A DNA stretch of 44,438 nucleotides from Candidatus Krumholzibacteriaceae bacterium (GCA_035542635.1 DATKLC010000122.1:1-44438); one strand, 5' to 3'. Shown: positions 8,276 to 17,916, counted from the first letter of the stretch. Notes: a model not told the origin generated them from the sequence alone. Numbers and translations are program-made.

Positions 8276-8761
8276 GTGCCAAAATGGGGTTATTCGATCA
8301 CAGAGCTAGATCCAGAAAAAACCGCCAAAGTAGCGGGCAGAGAGCTTAGAATATCCCCTAAACACGCGGTCGAAATCTGCCGTACCATAAAAGGCATGAA
8401 ACTCGATAAAGCCAAAGCCTTTTTAGAACAAGTAATCGCCAAGAAAATTCCCGTTCCTTTTAGGCGGTACAAAAAGCTGGTCGGACACAGGCACGGTGCT
8501 CAAAAATTTTATGCAGGAAGATATCCCGTAAAGGCTGCGGAGCATATTCTTAAACTTCTTCAAGGCGCAGAAGCGAACGCCGAGTTCAAGGGTATGGATG
8601 CAGAAAATCTTCGCATCATCCACGCGTCGGCTTGTTCGGGTATGAAACTTAGAAATTTTGTGGAGCGTGCCCAGGGTCGAAGCACACCCAAGAATGAATA
8701 CCTAACTCATGTGGAACTAGTTTTGGAGCAGACTGGGAAACCAGCGGCGGAGGAAGAATAG
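8276..8761 (+). CDS. rpl22: 50S ribosomal protein L22 (uL22)
   Basis: MPKWGYS...AKVAGRELRISPKHAVEICRTIKGM matches archaeal uL22. Followed by uS3. Confidence 0.9.
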   Translation: MPKWGYSITELDPEKTAKVAGRELRISPKHAVEICRTIKGMKLDKAKAFLEQVIAKKIPVPFRRYKKLVGHRHGAQKFYAGRYPVKAAEHILKLLQGAEANAEFKGMDAENLRIIHASACSGMKLRNFVERAQGRSTPKNEYLTHVELVLEQTGKPAAEEE

Positions 8762-9622
8762 TTGTCCGTTGTTAAACATTTTATTAGCGAATCGTTGAAA
8801 AAAACTGAGATCGACGAGTTTTTACGAAACGAGTTTGAACGAGCGGGCTACGGCGGAGTAGACGTCGCAAAAACACCGTTAGGCACGCACGTGGTCATTT
8901 ACGCCATGCGTCCAGGCTTAATCATAGGTCGCGGTGGCGAGACAATAAAAGAACTCGCCAAGGCTTTGGAAGAAAAGTTTCAACTTCCAAACCCGCAGAT
9001 TTCTGTAGCTGAGATTGAGGTTCCTGAGTTTAACGCGTACGTGGTAGCATCGCGTGTAGCATCAGCGCTTCAACGAGGCGTCCACTTCAGAAGAGCTGGT
9101 TTTTGGGCGCTAAATCAAGTCATGAATGCGGGTGCTTTGGGCGCGGAGATAATAATTAGCGGCAAACTGCGCACCGAGCGTGCGCGTTATGAAAAGTTTC
9201 GGGCTGGCTATTTGCCCAAGAGCGGAGAACCCCCGCTTAGGTATCTGCAGACTGCCGAGATGCACGTGCAGCTTAAGCCTGGAATTTTTGGCGTGAAAGT
9301 GAAAATTATGCCTCCTAACATCAAATTTCCTGATAAAGTGGAAATACTCGAAAACGTTCCAAAAATAGAAGAAACAAAACCATCAGAAGAGAAAATAGAA
9401 GAAGAGGCACCACCAGAACCCGAAAAACCTGCTGAAACACCAGAAGAGGCGCCTAAGGAAATCCCACAGGAAACGTCACAAGAGACACCAGCCGAAGAGA
9501 AACAAGAGAAACCAGAAGAAAAGTCCGTAAAACCGAAGAAAACAACAAAGGTAGCGAAGCCTAAACGTGAGAAAAAAGAGAAAAAGCCCAAACCATCTAG
9601 AGTAACGGAGGAGAAGCCATAA
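8762..9622 (+). CDS. rps3: 30S ribosomal protein S3 (uS3) with long K/E/P-rich C-terminal tail
   Basis: KH-domain region GTHVVIYAMRPGLIIGRGGETIKEL. The TTG start directly follows the uL22 stop codon. The last ~85 aa are low complexity. Confidence 0.9.
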   Translation: MSVVKHFISESLKKTEIDEFLRNEFERAGYGGVDVAKTPLGTHVVIYAMRPGLIIGRGGETIKELAKALEEKFQLPNPQISVAEIEVPEFNAYVVASRVASALQRGVHFRRAGFWALNQVMNAGALGAEIIISGKLRTERARYEKFRAGYLPKSGEPPLRYLQTAEMHVQLKPGIFGVKVKIMPPNIKFPDKVEILENVPKIEETKPSEEKIEEEAPPEPEKPAETPEEAPKEIPQETSQETPAEEKQEKPEEKSVKPKKTTKVAKPKREKKEKKPKPSRVTEEKP

Positions 9623-9850
9623 ATGCCGATTTTGAGGCTGAAAGACGCTCGTTCCATGGCGAGTGAAGATCGTAGAAAAAGATTGGACGAATTTAGGACT
9701 GAGCTTAGCAGGTTGCGAACCATGATAAAGGCTGGTGGAGCGGTGGAGAATTCAGCTAGAATTCGTGAACTTCGCAAAGCAATTGCTCGACTGCTGACAG
9801 TAGAGAGCGAGGCGAAAAGGGCAGAGCTAAAGGAAAGGAAGAAACCATGA
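9623..9850 (+). CDS. rpl29: 50S ribosomal protein L29 (uL29)
   Basis: 75-aa helical protein (DEFRTELSRLRTMIKAGG) in the conserved position. Confidence 0.85.
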   Translation: MPILRLKDARSMASEDRRKRLDEFRTELSRLRTMIKAGGAVENSARIRELRKAIARLLTVESEAKRAELKERKKP

Positions 9851-10128
9851 AAATAACGCCTGCCATTATTCAAGGTGAGTTCATAGGGCTCGACGCCAAA
9901 ATCACCAAAAACAACAATCCAAGTCTCGTGAAGATGAAGGGAAAAATAATTAATGAAACTCGGAACACTTTCGTGATTCTTCAGGAAGGCAAACAGAAAA
10001 TCATCCCGAAAGATACATCGGTCTTTCATTTTATCATGCAAGATAGAACTGTCGTCGAGATTGATGGCAAACTTTTGCTTGGAAGACCCGAAGATCGCGT
10101 TAAGAAACGCATACGGAGGTTGTGGTAA
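9847..10128 (+). CDS. rnp1: RNase P protein component 1 (Rpp29/Pop4)
   Basis: GEFIGLDAKITKNNNPSLVKMKGKIINETRNTFVI...GRPEDRVKK. Sits in the conserved archaeal position between uL29 and uS17, with an ATGA overlap. Confidence 0.8.
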   Translation: MKITPAIIQGEFIGLDAKITKNNNPSLVKMKGKIINETRNTFVILQEGKQKIIPKDTSVFHFIMQDRTVVEIDGKLLLGRPEDRVKKRIRRLW

Positions 10129-10449
10129 TTGGCTGCGCGTTCTTTTAAACCGCCAAAAAAATCATGCGACGACAAAAACTGTCCTTTTCACGGCGAGTTG
10201 TCAGTTAGGGGTCGTGTTCTTGAAGGCAGCGTGGTCAGCGCCAAAATGGACAAGACGGTTGTGGTGCGACGGGATTATCTGCATTATATGCCTAAGTACA
10301 AGCGCTATGAACGCAGACATGGGCATGTTCCAGCGCACAGTCCACCGTGTTTGGAAGTGAAGGAAGGCGACCGCGTAAAAATCGCAGAGTGCCGTCCACT
10401 CAGTAAAGCGGTTTCTTTCGTCGTGGTTGAAAAAACGGAGGAAGCATAG
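10129..10449 (+). CDS. rps17: 30S ribosomal protein S17 (uS17)
   Basis: [34 protein letters not shown] matches uS17. TTG start directly after the rnp1 stop codon. Confidence 0.9.
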   Translation: MAARSFKPPKKSCDDKNCPFHGELSVRGRVLEGSVVSAKMDKTVVVRRDYLHYMPKYKRYERRHGHVPAHSPPCLEVKEGDRVKIAECRPLSKAVSFVVVEKTEEA

Positions 10450-10890
10450 TTGGCCGCAAAAGCAAAGGCGAGGGGTCTAGCGACAAAAGGCGCCGCTGGT
10501 CAGAGACCCAAAATCGCGAGGGGATTGCCAAACGGTTGCATGCTAAAATGTGCTGATAATACCGGTGCACGTGAGCTCAGACTAATTCAAGTTATGGGTA
10601 GCAAGGGAAGGCTCAGGCGCGTTCCTTCGGCAGCGATCGGCGACATGGTGGTTGTCTCGGTTCGCAGAGGAACACCCGACCTGCGGAAAAAAATCTTTCA
10701 AGCTGTTTTGGTGCGTCAGAGAAGACCCTTTTGTCGTCCCGAGGGGATTTGGGTACAGTTCGAAGATAACGCTGCCGTTTTGATGACTCCAGAAGGCGAG
10801 ATGAAAGGTTCAGAGGTTCGAGGGCCAGTAGCTAGAGAAGCCGCGGAAAGGTGGCCACGGATTGCTAGTGCCGCCAGCATAATAATATAG
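10450..10890 (+). CDS. rpl14: 50S ribosomal protein L14 (uL14)
   Basis: [17 protein letters not shown]...IGDMVVVSV matches uL14. TTG start. Confidence 0.9.
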   Translation: MAAKAKARGLATKGAAGQRPKIARGLPNGCMLKCADNTGARELRLIQVMGSKGRLRRVPSAAIGDMVVVSVRRGTPDLRKKIFQAVLVRQRRPFCRPEGIWVQFEDNAAVLMTPEGEMKGSEVRGPVAREAAERWPRIASAASIII

Positions 10891-10896
10891 GAGCAG

Positions 10897-11454
10897 ATGG
10901 ACATGGTGGCAGTCACAAAACCAGGGCTTCAGCGCAAACGGCTCTTCCAAGCGCCGTTGCATTTGCGTTATAAACAGTTTGCCGCGCCGCTTTCTCCTGA
11001 ATTGAAGAAGTCGAACGGGTTTAATGCCCTTCCTTTGCGTAAAGGCGACACCGTGCGGGTTATGCGGGGTGATCGAAAGGGCATCGAGGGAAAAGTGAGC
11101 AAGGTTGACCGGAAGAAGTACAGAATTTCTGTTGAAGGTATAACTCGAGAAAAAGTTGACGGTACAGCCATTCCTGTGTTGATTCATCCATCTAAAGTTA
11201 TGATAATCAACCTAAACTTGGACGACAAATGGCGCAGAGACCTACTTAACCGTAAAAAAGCCAAAGCCAAAGGCGAAGCCACAGAGAAACCTGCAAAAGC
11301 CGAAGAAAAGAAACCCAAGAAAAAGAAAGCAAAGAAACCGAAAACCCGCAAAGTCGCAGAGGCGAAAGAGGAGCCTGAAAAGAAGAAAACCAAGCGCAGA
11401 ACTAAGAAAAAAGCCAAAAAAGAAGAAGAGGAGAAGGAAACCGAAGGCGAATAA
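10897..11454 (+). CDS. rpl24: 50S ribosomal protein L24 (uL24) with K-rich C-terminal tail
   Basis: KOW region LRKGDTVRVMRGDRKGIEGKVSKVD. The last ~65 aa are a K/E-rich tail. Confidence 0.9.
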   Translation: MDMVAVTKPGLQRKRLFQAPLHLRYKQFAAPLSPELKKSNGFNALPLRKGDTVRVMRGDRKGIEGKVSKVDRKKYRISVEGITREKVDGTAIPVLIHPSKVMIINLNLDDKWRRDLLNRKKAKAKGEATEKPAKAEEKKPKKKKAKKPKTRKVAEAKEEPEKKKTKRRTKKKAKKEEEEKETEGE

Positions 11455-11456
11455 GA

Positions 11457-12215
11457 ATGGGAAAGAAAGGCGGAATTAGACATCTGAAACGCAAACCCGC
11501 ACCTAGGGTATGGAGTATCGAACGAAAACAGTACACATGGATAGGCAAACCTTCGGCTGGACCGCATCGAATGGACCAGTGTATAACGCTCACACTAAGT
11601 CTCCGCGACTTGCTCGGCGTCGCAAAAACAGCAAAAGAAGCCAAAACCATCATTTCGCAGGGCAAGGTTTACGTGGACGGAAAAATCCGTAAAGACGAAT
11701 CCTACCCAGCAGGGTTGATGGACATCGTAGCGCTTCCTGACAGTAATCGTTCATACCGTGTTCTGCCTTCGTCCAAGGGATTGATTCTGCATCCTATCGA
11801 AAAGGAAGAGGCAGGTTTCAAGCTCTGCAGGATTGAAGACAAGAGTACGGTCAAAAATGGGCATATACAGTTGGATTTGCACGACGGCTCGAATATACTA
11901 GTCCATGTGGCTGACCCGAAAAAGCCCACCGAAGACACATATCATGTCTTGGACACCGTGAAGGTGGGGCTTAAGGAAAGAGGCATTCAAGGTTACATAA
12001 AGCTCGCCAAAGATGTTCCCGTGTTGTTAGTGGGCGGGAAAAACGTTGGTAAACACGGAAAAATTGTTGAAATCGAGGAGAGCAAGGGACAAAAACGCCG
12101 AGAATTACTGGTGACTGTCGAAGATAACAAGGGTAATCGTTTCCAGACAACCATGAATTTTGTTTTCGCCGTAGGAGAAACGTCGCCTTCCATATCGTTG
12201 CCTGAGGTGAAGTAA
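11457..12215 (+). CDS. rps4e: 30S ribosomal protein S4e
   Basis: MGKKGGIRHLKRKPAP...GPH N-terminus, 252 aa, conserved position. Confidence 0.9.
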   Translation: MGKKGGIRHLKRKPAPRVWSIERKQYTWIGKPSAGPHRMDQCITLTLSLRDLLGVAKTAKEAKTIISQGKVYVDGKIRKDESYPAGLMDIVALPDSNRSYRVLPSSKGLILHPIEKEEAGFKLCRIEDKSTVKNGHIQLDLHDGSNILVHVADPKKPTEDTYHVLDTVKVGLKERGIQGYIKLAKDVPVLLVGGKNVGKHGKIVEIEESKGQKRRELLVTVEDNKGNRFQTTMNFVFAVGETSPSISLPEVK

Positions 12216-12216
12216 T

Positions 12217-12753
12217 GTGAGCGAAGAGATTGGTGTAAAGACAAGGGTAAATCACATGTTGCAGCCACGAGTCGACAAAGTTACCGTCAACATTGCTGTA
12301 GGCAAATCGGGCGAACCCCTAGACAAGGCGACCAGAATTCTCAAGCAATTAACTGGGCAGGAACCATGCAAGAGGATAGCCAAAAAAACTGTTAGAGACT
12401 TTGGCATCAGAAAAGGCGAACCAATAGCCTGTATGGTAACATTACGTAGAGAAAAAGCCATAGCATTTCTCAAGAGAACGCTTCAGGCGGTAGACAACAA
12501 GGTTTCGAGGAACAGTTTTGACAAGTATGGAAACTTCTCGTTCGGCATAAAAAGTCATATAGAAATCCCGGGCACAAAATACGCGCCAGAACTCGGAATC
12601 GTGGGTATGGATGTTTCTGTCTTTATCACTAGGCCGGGAAAACGCATAAAGTTGCGTCGCCGTCGCACGTCCAACGTTGGCAAGAAACACATGTTGACGT
12701 CTGAAATCACGGTTCCCTTCGTGAAAGAGACGTTGGGAGTTGAAATAGTATAG
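12217..12753 (+). CDS. rpl5: 50S ribosomal protein L5 (uL5)
   Basis: KVTVNIAVGKSGE...FGIRKGEPIACMVTLR matches uL5. GTG start. Confidence 0.9.
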   Translation: MSEEIGVKTRVNHMLQPRVDKVTVNIAVGKSGEPLDKATRILKQLTGQEPCKRIAKKTVRDFGIRKGEPIACMVTLRREKAIAFLKRTLQAVDNKVSRNSFDKYGNFSFGIKSHIEIPGTKYAPELGIVGMDVSVFITRPGKRIKLRRRRTSNVGKKHMLTSEITVPFVKETLGVEIV

Positions 12754-12763
12754 GTGAATTGAT

Positions 12764-12934
12764 ATGAGTAGGAGAAAACAACCGCCTAGACGGGAAAGAA
12801 AATTCGGCAAGGGCAGTAGACCCTGTAAACGCTGTGGTTCTTATGGTCCAGTGATTCGGCGCTATAATTTATATGTGTGTAGGCACTGTTTTCGGGAGAT
12901 AGCCAAGAGTTTAGGCTTTAAAAAATATGAATGA
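12764..12934 (+). CDS. rps14: 30S ribosomal protein S14 type Z (uS14), absent from the ORF track (56 aa)
   Basis: Manual translation: [56 protein letters not shown]. It has the CxxC...CxxC zinc motif and the expected position between uL5 and uS8. Confidence 0.9.
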   Translation: MSRRKQPPRRERKFGKGSRPCKRCGSYGPVIRRYNLYVCRHCFREIAKSLGFKKYE

Positions 12935-12946
12935 GGCGTATAAAAG

Positions 12947-13339
12947 GTGTCTGCGGTTGACGTACTTTCAAACGGGTTGACCTCCATAGTCAACAACGAA
13001 CTGCGCAACAAGCGCGAGTGCGTGATTAGCCCTGCCTCTAAACTCTTGGGCAGAATACTCCGAGTGATGCAGCTGAACGGCTACATTGGAGAGTTCGAGT
13101 TCATCGACGACGGAAGAACGGGCAAGTTCAGAGTGCAACTCTTGGGAAGAGTGAACAAGTGCGGCGCCATTAAACCACACTTCTCTGTGAGGATGAACGA
13201 GTTTGAAATATGGGAGAAACGCTTCCTTCCGTCCAGAGACATTGGAATGCTAATTGTTTCCACATCGAAAGGCGTCATGCCACACCGAGAAGCCAAAGAA
13301 AAAGGAATCGGAGGTAAACTCGTAGCCTACGTCTACTAA
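12947..13339 (+). CDS. rps8: 30S ribosomal protein S8 (uS8)
   Basis: [14 protein letters not shown]...[13 protein letters not shown] matches uS8. GTG start. Confidence 0.9.
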   Translation: MSAVDVLSNGLTSIVNNELRNKRECVISPASKLLGRILRVMQLNGYIGEFEFIDDGRTGKFRVQLLGRVNKCGAIKPHFSVRMNEFEIWEKRFLPSRDIGMLIVSTSKGVMPHREAKEKGIGGKLVAYVY

Positions 13340-13352
13340 AGGTGCAACAACA

Positions 13353-13901
13353 ATGCGTGCAGTTGAAGTGACCAAAACAATAAAAATTCCACAAGGCGTG
13401 GAAGTTTCGGTGGACGGGCGAGTCGTCACTGTAAAAGGACAGAAGGGAACATTGACACGGAGTTTTTCAGACGCTCCGGTTAGCATACAGCTAAAGGACG
13501 ATGAAATCCTAGTCGAGACCACATGGCCTCGCAAGAAAGAAGCATCTCTCGTCGGCACGATTCACTCCCACATCAACAACATGATCACAGGCGTAACGAA
13601 GGGCTTCACTTACAAATTGAAAGTGGTTTTTGCTCACTTTCCTGTGACGGTCAAGATAAAGGGGGACACTATAATAATTGAAAACTTTACGGGTGAACGA
13701 AGTCCCAGAATTGCGAGGATTCAAGGTGACAGCAAAGTATCGGTTAAGGGTGAAGACGTTATTGTTCAAGGCTTGAACTTGGAAAATGTTAGTCAAACCG
13801 CCGCGAACATGGAGCGAGCAACCAAAGTCACACGAAAAGACCCGCGAATCTTCCTCGACGGCATCTATATATACGAACGCGTGGAGGGCATGGAAGGATG
13901 A
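13353..13901 (+). CDS. rpl6: 50S ribosomal protein L6 (uL6)
   Basis: IPQGVEVSVDGRVVTVKGQKGTL matches uL6. Confidence 0.9.
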   Translation: MRAVEVTKTIKIPQGVEVSVDGRVVTVKGQKGTLTRSFSDAPVSIQLKDDEILVETTWPRKKEASLVGTIHSHINNMITGVTKGFTYKLKVVFAHFPVTVKIKGDTIIIENFTGERSPRIARIQGDSKVSVKGEDVIVQGLNLENVSQTAANMERATKVTRKDPRIFLDGIYIYERVEGMEG

Positions 13902-14437
13902 CAGAATCCGAGACGCCCACGGCGCTTCAGGCTCAAAAAGCCAAGGTTAAACTTCGAAAACGCGTCAAGGCAAACAAGCCAGAGTTTCAAGGACAAGAGG
14001 TCTGGCGATACAAGCGCATCAGAGACCGCTGGCGAAGACCAAGAGGCGTGGATAGCAAGATGCGACAAAATGTGAAGGGCTGGCCAAAAACCGTAAACAT
14101 CGGCTACGGCGGACCCAAAACTGCAAAGTTTCTGCACCCTTCTGGTTACAAAGAAGTTCTGGTTCATAATTTAAGCGAAATTGAAGATCTTGATGCCGAA
14201 ACGCAAGCGATAAGAATCGCCCACACGGTTGGCGGAAAGAAACGATTGGAAATACTAACCAAAGCCAAAGAAAAAGGACTACACATACTCAATCCGCGCG
14301 AATTGAAAGAAGCAAAAGAAAAAGCCGTGGCTGAAACTACTGAGGCTGAAAAAGAAAAGAAAGCGGAAACAGGCGAAGCCGAAGCTGAAGGTGAACCTGT
14401 TGCCGAAGAGGAAATCACTGACGAGGAAACAAGGTGA
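13898..14437 (+). CDS. rpl32e: 50S ribosomal protein L32e with acidic C-terminal tail
   Basis: KPEFQGQEVWRYKRIRDRWRRPRGVDSKMR matches eL32. ATGA overlap with rpl6. About 45 aa of E/K/A-rich tail. Confidence 0.9.
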   Translation: MTESETPTALQAQKAKVKLRKRVKANKPEFQGQEVWRYKRIRDRWRRPRGVDSKMRQNVKGWPKTVNIGYGGPKTAKFLHPSGYKEVLVHNLSEIEDLDAETQAIRIAHTVGGKKRLEILTKAKEKGLHILNPRELKEAKEKAVAETTEAEKEKKAETGEAEAEGEPVAEEEITDEETR

Positions 14438-14895
14438 ACGATGTGAGTCTCAGAAGTCAACGCAGATTGGCCTCCGAAATCCTGAAAGTCGGCGAGAGCA
14501 GAGTCTGGATAGACCCAGACAGAACAGGAGATGTGGAAATCGCCATCTCAAGAGAAGAGATTAGAAAACTCATCCATGAAGGCGCTATCAAAAGCATATC
14601 AGCAACAGGCGTCAGCAGAGCCAGAGCGCGGGTTATTCATGAGAAGAAAAAGAAAGGCCTACGACGAGGTCCAGGAACAAGAAAGGGGCCCTCTACGGCT
14701 CGGATTTCAAAGAAAGAGGCTTGGATGGCAAAAATCCGTGCTTTGCGGAAACGCTTGCTGGAGCTAAAAACTCGTCGGATAATCACACAGACAAATTATC
14801 GTCAGTTGTATTACATGGCAGGAAGCGGCGTATTCCGTTCTGTGGCCGATTTGGAGCGGCACATAAAAGCAGAGGGTCAATGGAGGAAACGGTAA
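14434..14895 (+). CDS. rpl19e: 50S ribosomal protein L19e
   Basis: LRSQRRLASEILKVGESRVWIDPD matches eL19. GTG start overlapping the rpl32e stop codon. Confidence 0.9.
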   Translation: MNDVSLRSQRRLASEILKVGESRVWIDPDRTGDVEIAISREEIRKLIHEGAIKSISATGVSRARARVIHEKKKKGLRRGPGTRKGPSTARISKKEAWMAKIRALRKRLLELKTRRIITQTNYRQLYYMAGSGVFRSVADLERHIKAEGQWRKR

Positions 14896-15611
14896 TGCCA
14901 CTAGGTCCAAATTACCGCGTCCCATACAGAAGACGAAGAGAGGGCAAAACTGACTACAAAGCCCGAAGAGCGCTCGTATTGTCCAAAATTCCACGCTTTA
15001 TCGTCCGCGGCTCGTTGAAGCACATGACTGTGCAAATAGTCGAAGCACGATCAGAGGGCGATAGAGTGATTACGGCGGCGAATTCGCGTGAACTGATTAA
15101 GACTTTTGGCTGGAAAGGAAGCTGCAGCAACTTGCCGTCTGCGTACCTCACGGGGTTTCTCTGTGGTTTAAGAGCTGTAGGAAAGGGTGTTAAAAGGGCA
15201 ATTTTGGACATTGGTTTGTTTTCTCCGACGAAAGGGTCAAGAATCTTTGCCGCACTCAAGGGCGTGATGGATGCTGGCGTGGAAATTCCTTGCGAAAAAG
15301 AAAAACTTCCAGACGAAAACCGTGTCTCAGGACAACACATTGCCGAATATGCAAAGCAATTATCCGCAGGCGAACAAACAGCATACCAGAAACAGTTCTC
15401 CAGATACCTAAAGGAAAACCTTCAACCAGAACAACTTCCAACACACTTTTCAGAAACAAAAGAAAAAATCGCAGAATCATTTAAACCGAAAGAGGAAAAG
15501 AAAAAGGAACCCGAGGCGAAAGCCAAACCGAAAGGCAAACCAAAGGCTAGAGCCAAACCGAAAACTGCCAGAAAACCACGTAAAAAGAAAACCGAGGAAA
15601 AGAAAGAATGA
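14895..15611 (+). CDS. rpl18: 50S ribosomal protein L18 (uL18) with K-rich C-terminal tail
   Basis: MPLGPNYRVPYRRRREGKTDYKARRAL matches uL18. ATG at 14895 forms a TAATG overlap with the rpl19e stop codon. The track start at 14721 is an upstream read-through inside rpl19e. Confidence 0.9.
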   Translation: MPLGPNYRVPYRRRREGKTDYKARRALVLSKIPRFIVRGSLKHMTVQIVEARSEGDRVITAANSRELIKTFGWKGSCSNLPSAYLTGFLCGLRAVGKGVKRAILDIGLFSPTKGSRIFAALKGVMDAGVEIPCEKEKLPDENRVSGQHIAEYAKQLSAGEQTAYQKQFSRYLKENLQPEQLPTHFSETKEKIAESFKPKEEKKKEPEAKAKPKGKPKARAKPKTARKPRKKKTEEKKE

Positions 15612-16273
15612 GGTCCCAAAGAAGAGACACGCAAAGAGAATCGAGAGGCTCGAGAGAAAGAGCCGAAGCATGGGTTCCAAGAACAAGATTAGGCAAGATG
15701 ATCCAAGAAGGACGCATCACTTCGATTGAAGGAATATTCATGGAAGGAATGAAGATTCACGAACCCGAAATCGTCGACACCCTACTTCCTGACCTACAAG
15801 AAGAGGTCATCAACATAAACCTGGTGCAGAAACAAACAGACGCTGGCGAAAAGTCACGCTTCAAAGCCATCGTCGCCGTGGGCAACCGCGATGGATACAT
15901 AGGCTTAGGCGGCGGAAAAGCCAGCCAAGTGCGCAATGCGATAGAGAAAGCCGCTGCGAACGCAAGGCTCAACATAGTTTTTGTTCGCCGTGGCTGCGGC
16001 AGCTGGGAATGCGGTTGCGGCCAGCAACACTCATTGCCTTTCCAGATTGAGGGCAAGTGTGGCGGCGTCAGATGCGTACTTGTTCCAGGTCCTCGTGGTC
16101 TAGGTTTGGTTGCTGGAGAAGTGGCTAAAGTGATTCTCGGGCTTGCTGGCGTGAAGGATTGTTGGACGCGAAGTTTCGGCGCGACGCGTACTATTCCGTC
16201 TTTTGCTTGTGCGGTTTTTGACGCGCTGAAAGGCACGTACGGGCTTGTCACGCCCCAGGATTGGGTGAGGTAA
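15608..16273 (+). CDS. rps5: 30S ribosomal protein S5 (uS5)
   Basis: AIVAVGNRDGYIGLGGGKASQVRNAIEKA...GPRGLGLVAG matches uS5. Confidence 0.9.
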   Translation: MRSQRRDTQRESRGSRERAEAWVPRTRLGKMIQEGRITSIEGIFMEGMKIHEPEIVDTLLPDLQEEVININLVQKQTDAGEKSRFKAIVAVGNRDGYIGLGGGKASQVRNAIEKAAANARLNIVFVRRGCGSWECGCGQQHSLPFQIEGKCGGVRCVLVPGPRGLGLVAGEVAKVILGLAGVKDCWTRSFGATRTIPSFACAVFDALKGTYGLVTPQDWVR

Positions 16274-16275
16274 GA

Positions 16276-16758
16276 ATGGCAGAAGAAAAGCGTAAGTGTC
16301 TCGCCGTGGTTCGGGTTCGCGGAATTCCGACAGCCTCATCAGAAGTGCGAAGGACGCTTGACATGCTCCACTTGTGTAGAACGAGTCACGCTACGCTTGT
16401 AGATAACAGACCCGCATACACAGGTATGCTCAGAACGGCGCAGCATTATGTAACTTGGGGCGAAATCACCAAAGAAACCCTCGCGGCACTCATAACGGAA
16501 AAAGGTCGTCTTATGGGCGACAAGAAATTGACCGATGAATACGCTCAGAAGGCTGGCTACAAGACCTTGGATGATTTGGCAGAAGCTATCTACAAGACCG
16601 AAGTGGACTACAAGAATCTTCAAGGCATTAAGCCCGTTTTTCGTCTGCATCCGCCTTCCAAGGGCTACAAGGGGCAAGTGAAGAAAAGTTACAGAATGGG
16701 CGGCGCCACTGGCTATCGGGGCGAAGCCATAAATGACCTAATAAAACGAATGATTTAA
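16276..16758 (+). CDS. rpl30: 50S ribosomal protein L30 (uL30)
   Basis: MAEEKRKCLAVVRVRGIP... matches uL30. The ATG follows GGTGAGGT and the rps5 stop codon. Confidence 0.85.
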   Translation: MAEEKRKCLAVVRVRGIPTASSEVRRTLDMLHLCRTSHATLVDNRPAYTGMLRTAQHYVTWGEITKETLAALITEKGRLMGDKKLTDEYAQKAGYKTLDDLAEAIYKTEVDYKNLQGIKPVFRLHPPSKGYKGQVKKSYRMGGATGYRGEAINDLIKRMI

Positions 16759-16819
16759 CAACCAGAACATCATGTCATAATACACATAGTAAACCAAGGA
16801 CGCACGAGAAGGCTCCACT

Positions 16820-17362
16820 TTGACCGACAAATGGTGGCGATGGAAAAAACGCTCCGAATGGGACGAATTTTTCAAAGAATTCGATAAACTCGAAAAAATG
16901 GTCGACGACATAGTTGAAGATTCAGCAAAGGACTTCAGCGCCGAAAAGGAAGAGAAAAAGTTTCCTAACCCTTACGTTTTTGGTTTTTCCGTTTCCATCG
17001 GTCCAGATGGCAGACCACAAGTGCACAAGTTTGGTTCACTTCAGTCGCCTCTGCAAGGCGCGCAAGTGAATAAGGAGAATGAACCACTTTTGGACGTCTT
17101 GGACTGCAAGAAGGAAATCATGGTCACTGCTGAACTACCCGGTGTGGATAATAAGGACATAAAATTAGACGTGTCAGAATCGACTTTGAAAATTTCCGTG
17201 GACACGCCTGAGAGAAGTTTTTACAAAAATCTGTCTTTACCTGCCAAAGTGCGCGCTGACTCTATGCAAACAAGTTATAAAAATGGAGTATTGGAGGTAC
17301 ACTTGAAAAAGGTTGGTGGAAGATTACTCAGCATGAAGAAGCATCTAGGCTCAGACGTTTAG
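16820..17362 (+). CDS. hsp20: Hsp20/alpha-crystallin small heat-shock protein
   Basis: ACD core: DVLDCKKEIMVTAELPGVDNKDIKLDVSESTLKISV...YKNGVLEVHLKK. TTG start. Confidence 0.8.
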   Translation: MTDKWWRWKKRSEWDEFFKEFDKLEKMVDDIVEDSAKDFSAEKEEKKFPNPYVFGFSVSIGPDGRPQVHKFGSLQSPLQGAQVNKENEPLLDVLDCKKEIMVTAELPGVDNKDIKLDVSESTLKISVDTPERSFYKNLSLPAKVRADSMQTSYKNGVLEVHLKKVGGRLLSMKKHLGSDV

Positions 17363-17426
17363 TTTACAGAAAGGATTTATTCATCGATATTTTAATAATG
17401 TGAAGATTATTTGCGTGGAAAGCTCC

Positions 17427-17885
17427 ATGACTAGAAAGCTCAAAAAAACCAGTAAACTTCGCGGTTCCAGAACGTTCGGCTATGGCAGACAGGGGCAACA
17501 CCGCAAGTCTTCTCAGAAAGGCGAAAGAAAGGCTGGTCGACATAAGGGCGGATGGTCATACGTTCTAAGATACAAGCCCGACTACTGGGGTAAGAAGGGA
17601 TTCCGCTCTGTCCAGAGTTTGCATCGGAAGGTTAACGTGATTAACGTGGGAAACCTTGGCTCGCTCGTGGAGAGGCTTGAGGCGCAAAATCAGCTTGAAC
17701 GCAAAGACGGAAAAATCCTTCTGGACTTGGACAAACTTGGTTTCACCAAGCTGTTGGGAACAGGCAAAATTGCCGAATCAGTGCTTGTGAAAATCTCTTC
17801 TCACTCTTCATCTGCAGCGAAAAAGATAGAAGAGGCAGGCGGACAAATACTAAGAGAATCAACAGAAACAATGGAAAATCAATGA
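17427..17885 (+). CDS. rpl15: 50S ribosomal protein L15 (uL15)
   Basis: MTRKLKKTSKLRGSRTFGYGRQGQHRKS matches uL15. I prefer ATG 17427 to the track start 17400. Confidence 0.85.
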   Translation: MTRKLKKTSKLRGSRTFGYGRQGQHRKSSQKGERKAGRHKGGWSYVLRYKPDYWGKKGFRSVQSLHRKVNVINVGNLGSLVERLEAQNQLERKDGKILLDLDKLGFTKLLGTGKIAESVLVKISSHSSSAAKKIEEAGGQILRESTETMENQ

Positions 17886-17916
17886 CAGCAGGTGCATCAA
17901 TAGAAGGAGACAGTAA

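Noticed and set aside
9208-10041. 277-aa minus-strand ORF, the longest non-annotated ORF in the ribosomal cluster.
   Set aside because: It is S/F/G-rich low complexity and exactly antisense to the purine-rich uS3 tail, uL29 and rnp1. It is a shadow ORF produced by the absence of stop codons opposite AAG/GAA-rich coding sequence.
14721-14894. N-terminal 58-aa extension of the uL18 ORF in the track (start 14721).
   Set aside because: It lies entirely inside rpl19e in another frame. The conserved uL18 N-terminus begins at the ATG at 14895, which forms a TAATG coupling overlap.
9340-15610. Purine-rich low-complexity DNA tracts (about 9340-9620, 11230-11450, 14290-14430, 15470-15610) that looked like tandem repeats.
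   Set aside because: They have no fixed period. All are in frame as the C-terminal tails of uS3, uL24, eL32 and uL18, so they are explained as coding low-complexity sequence (reported separately as a finding).
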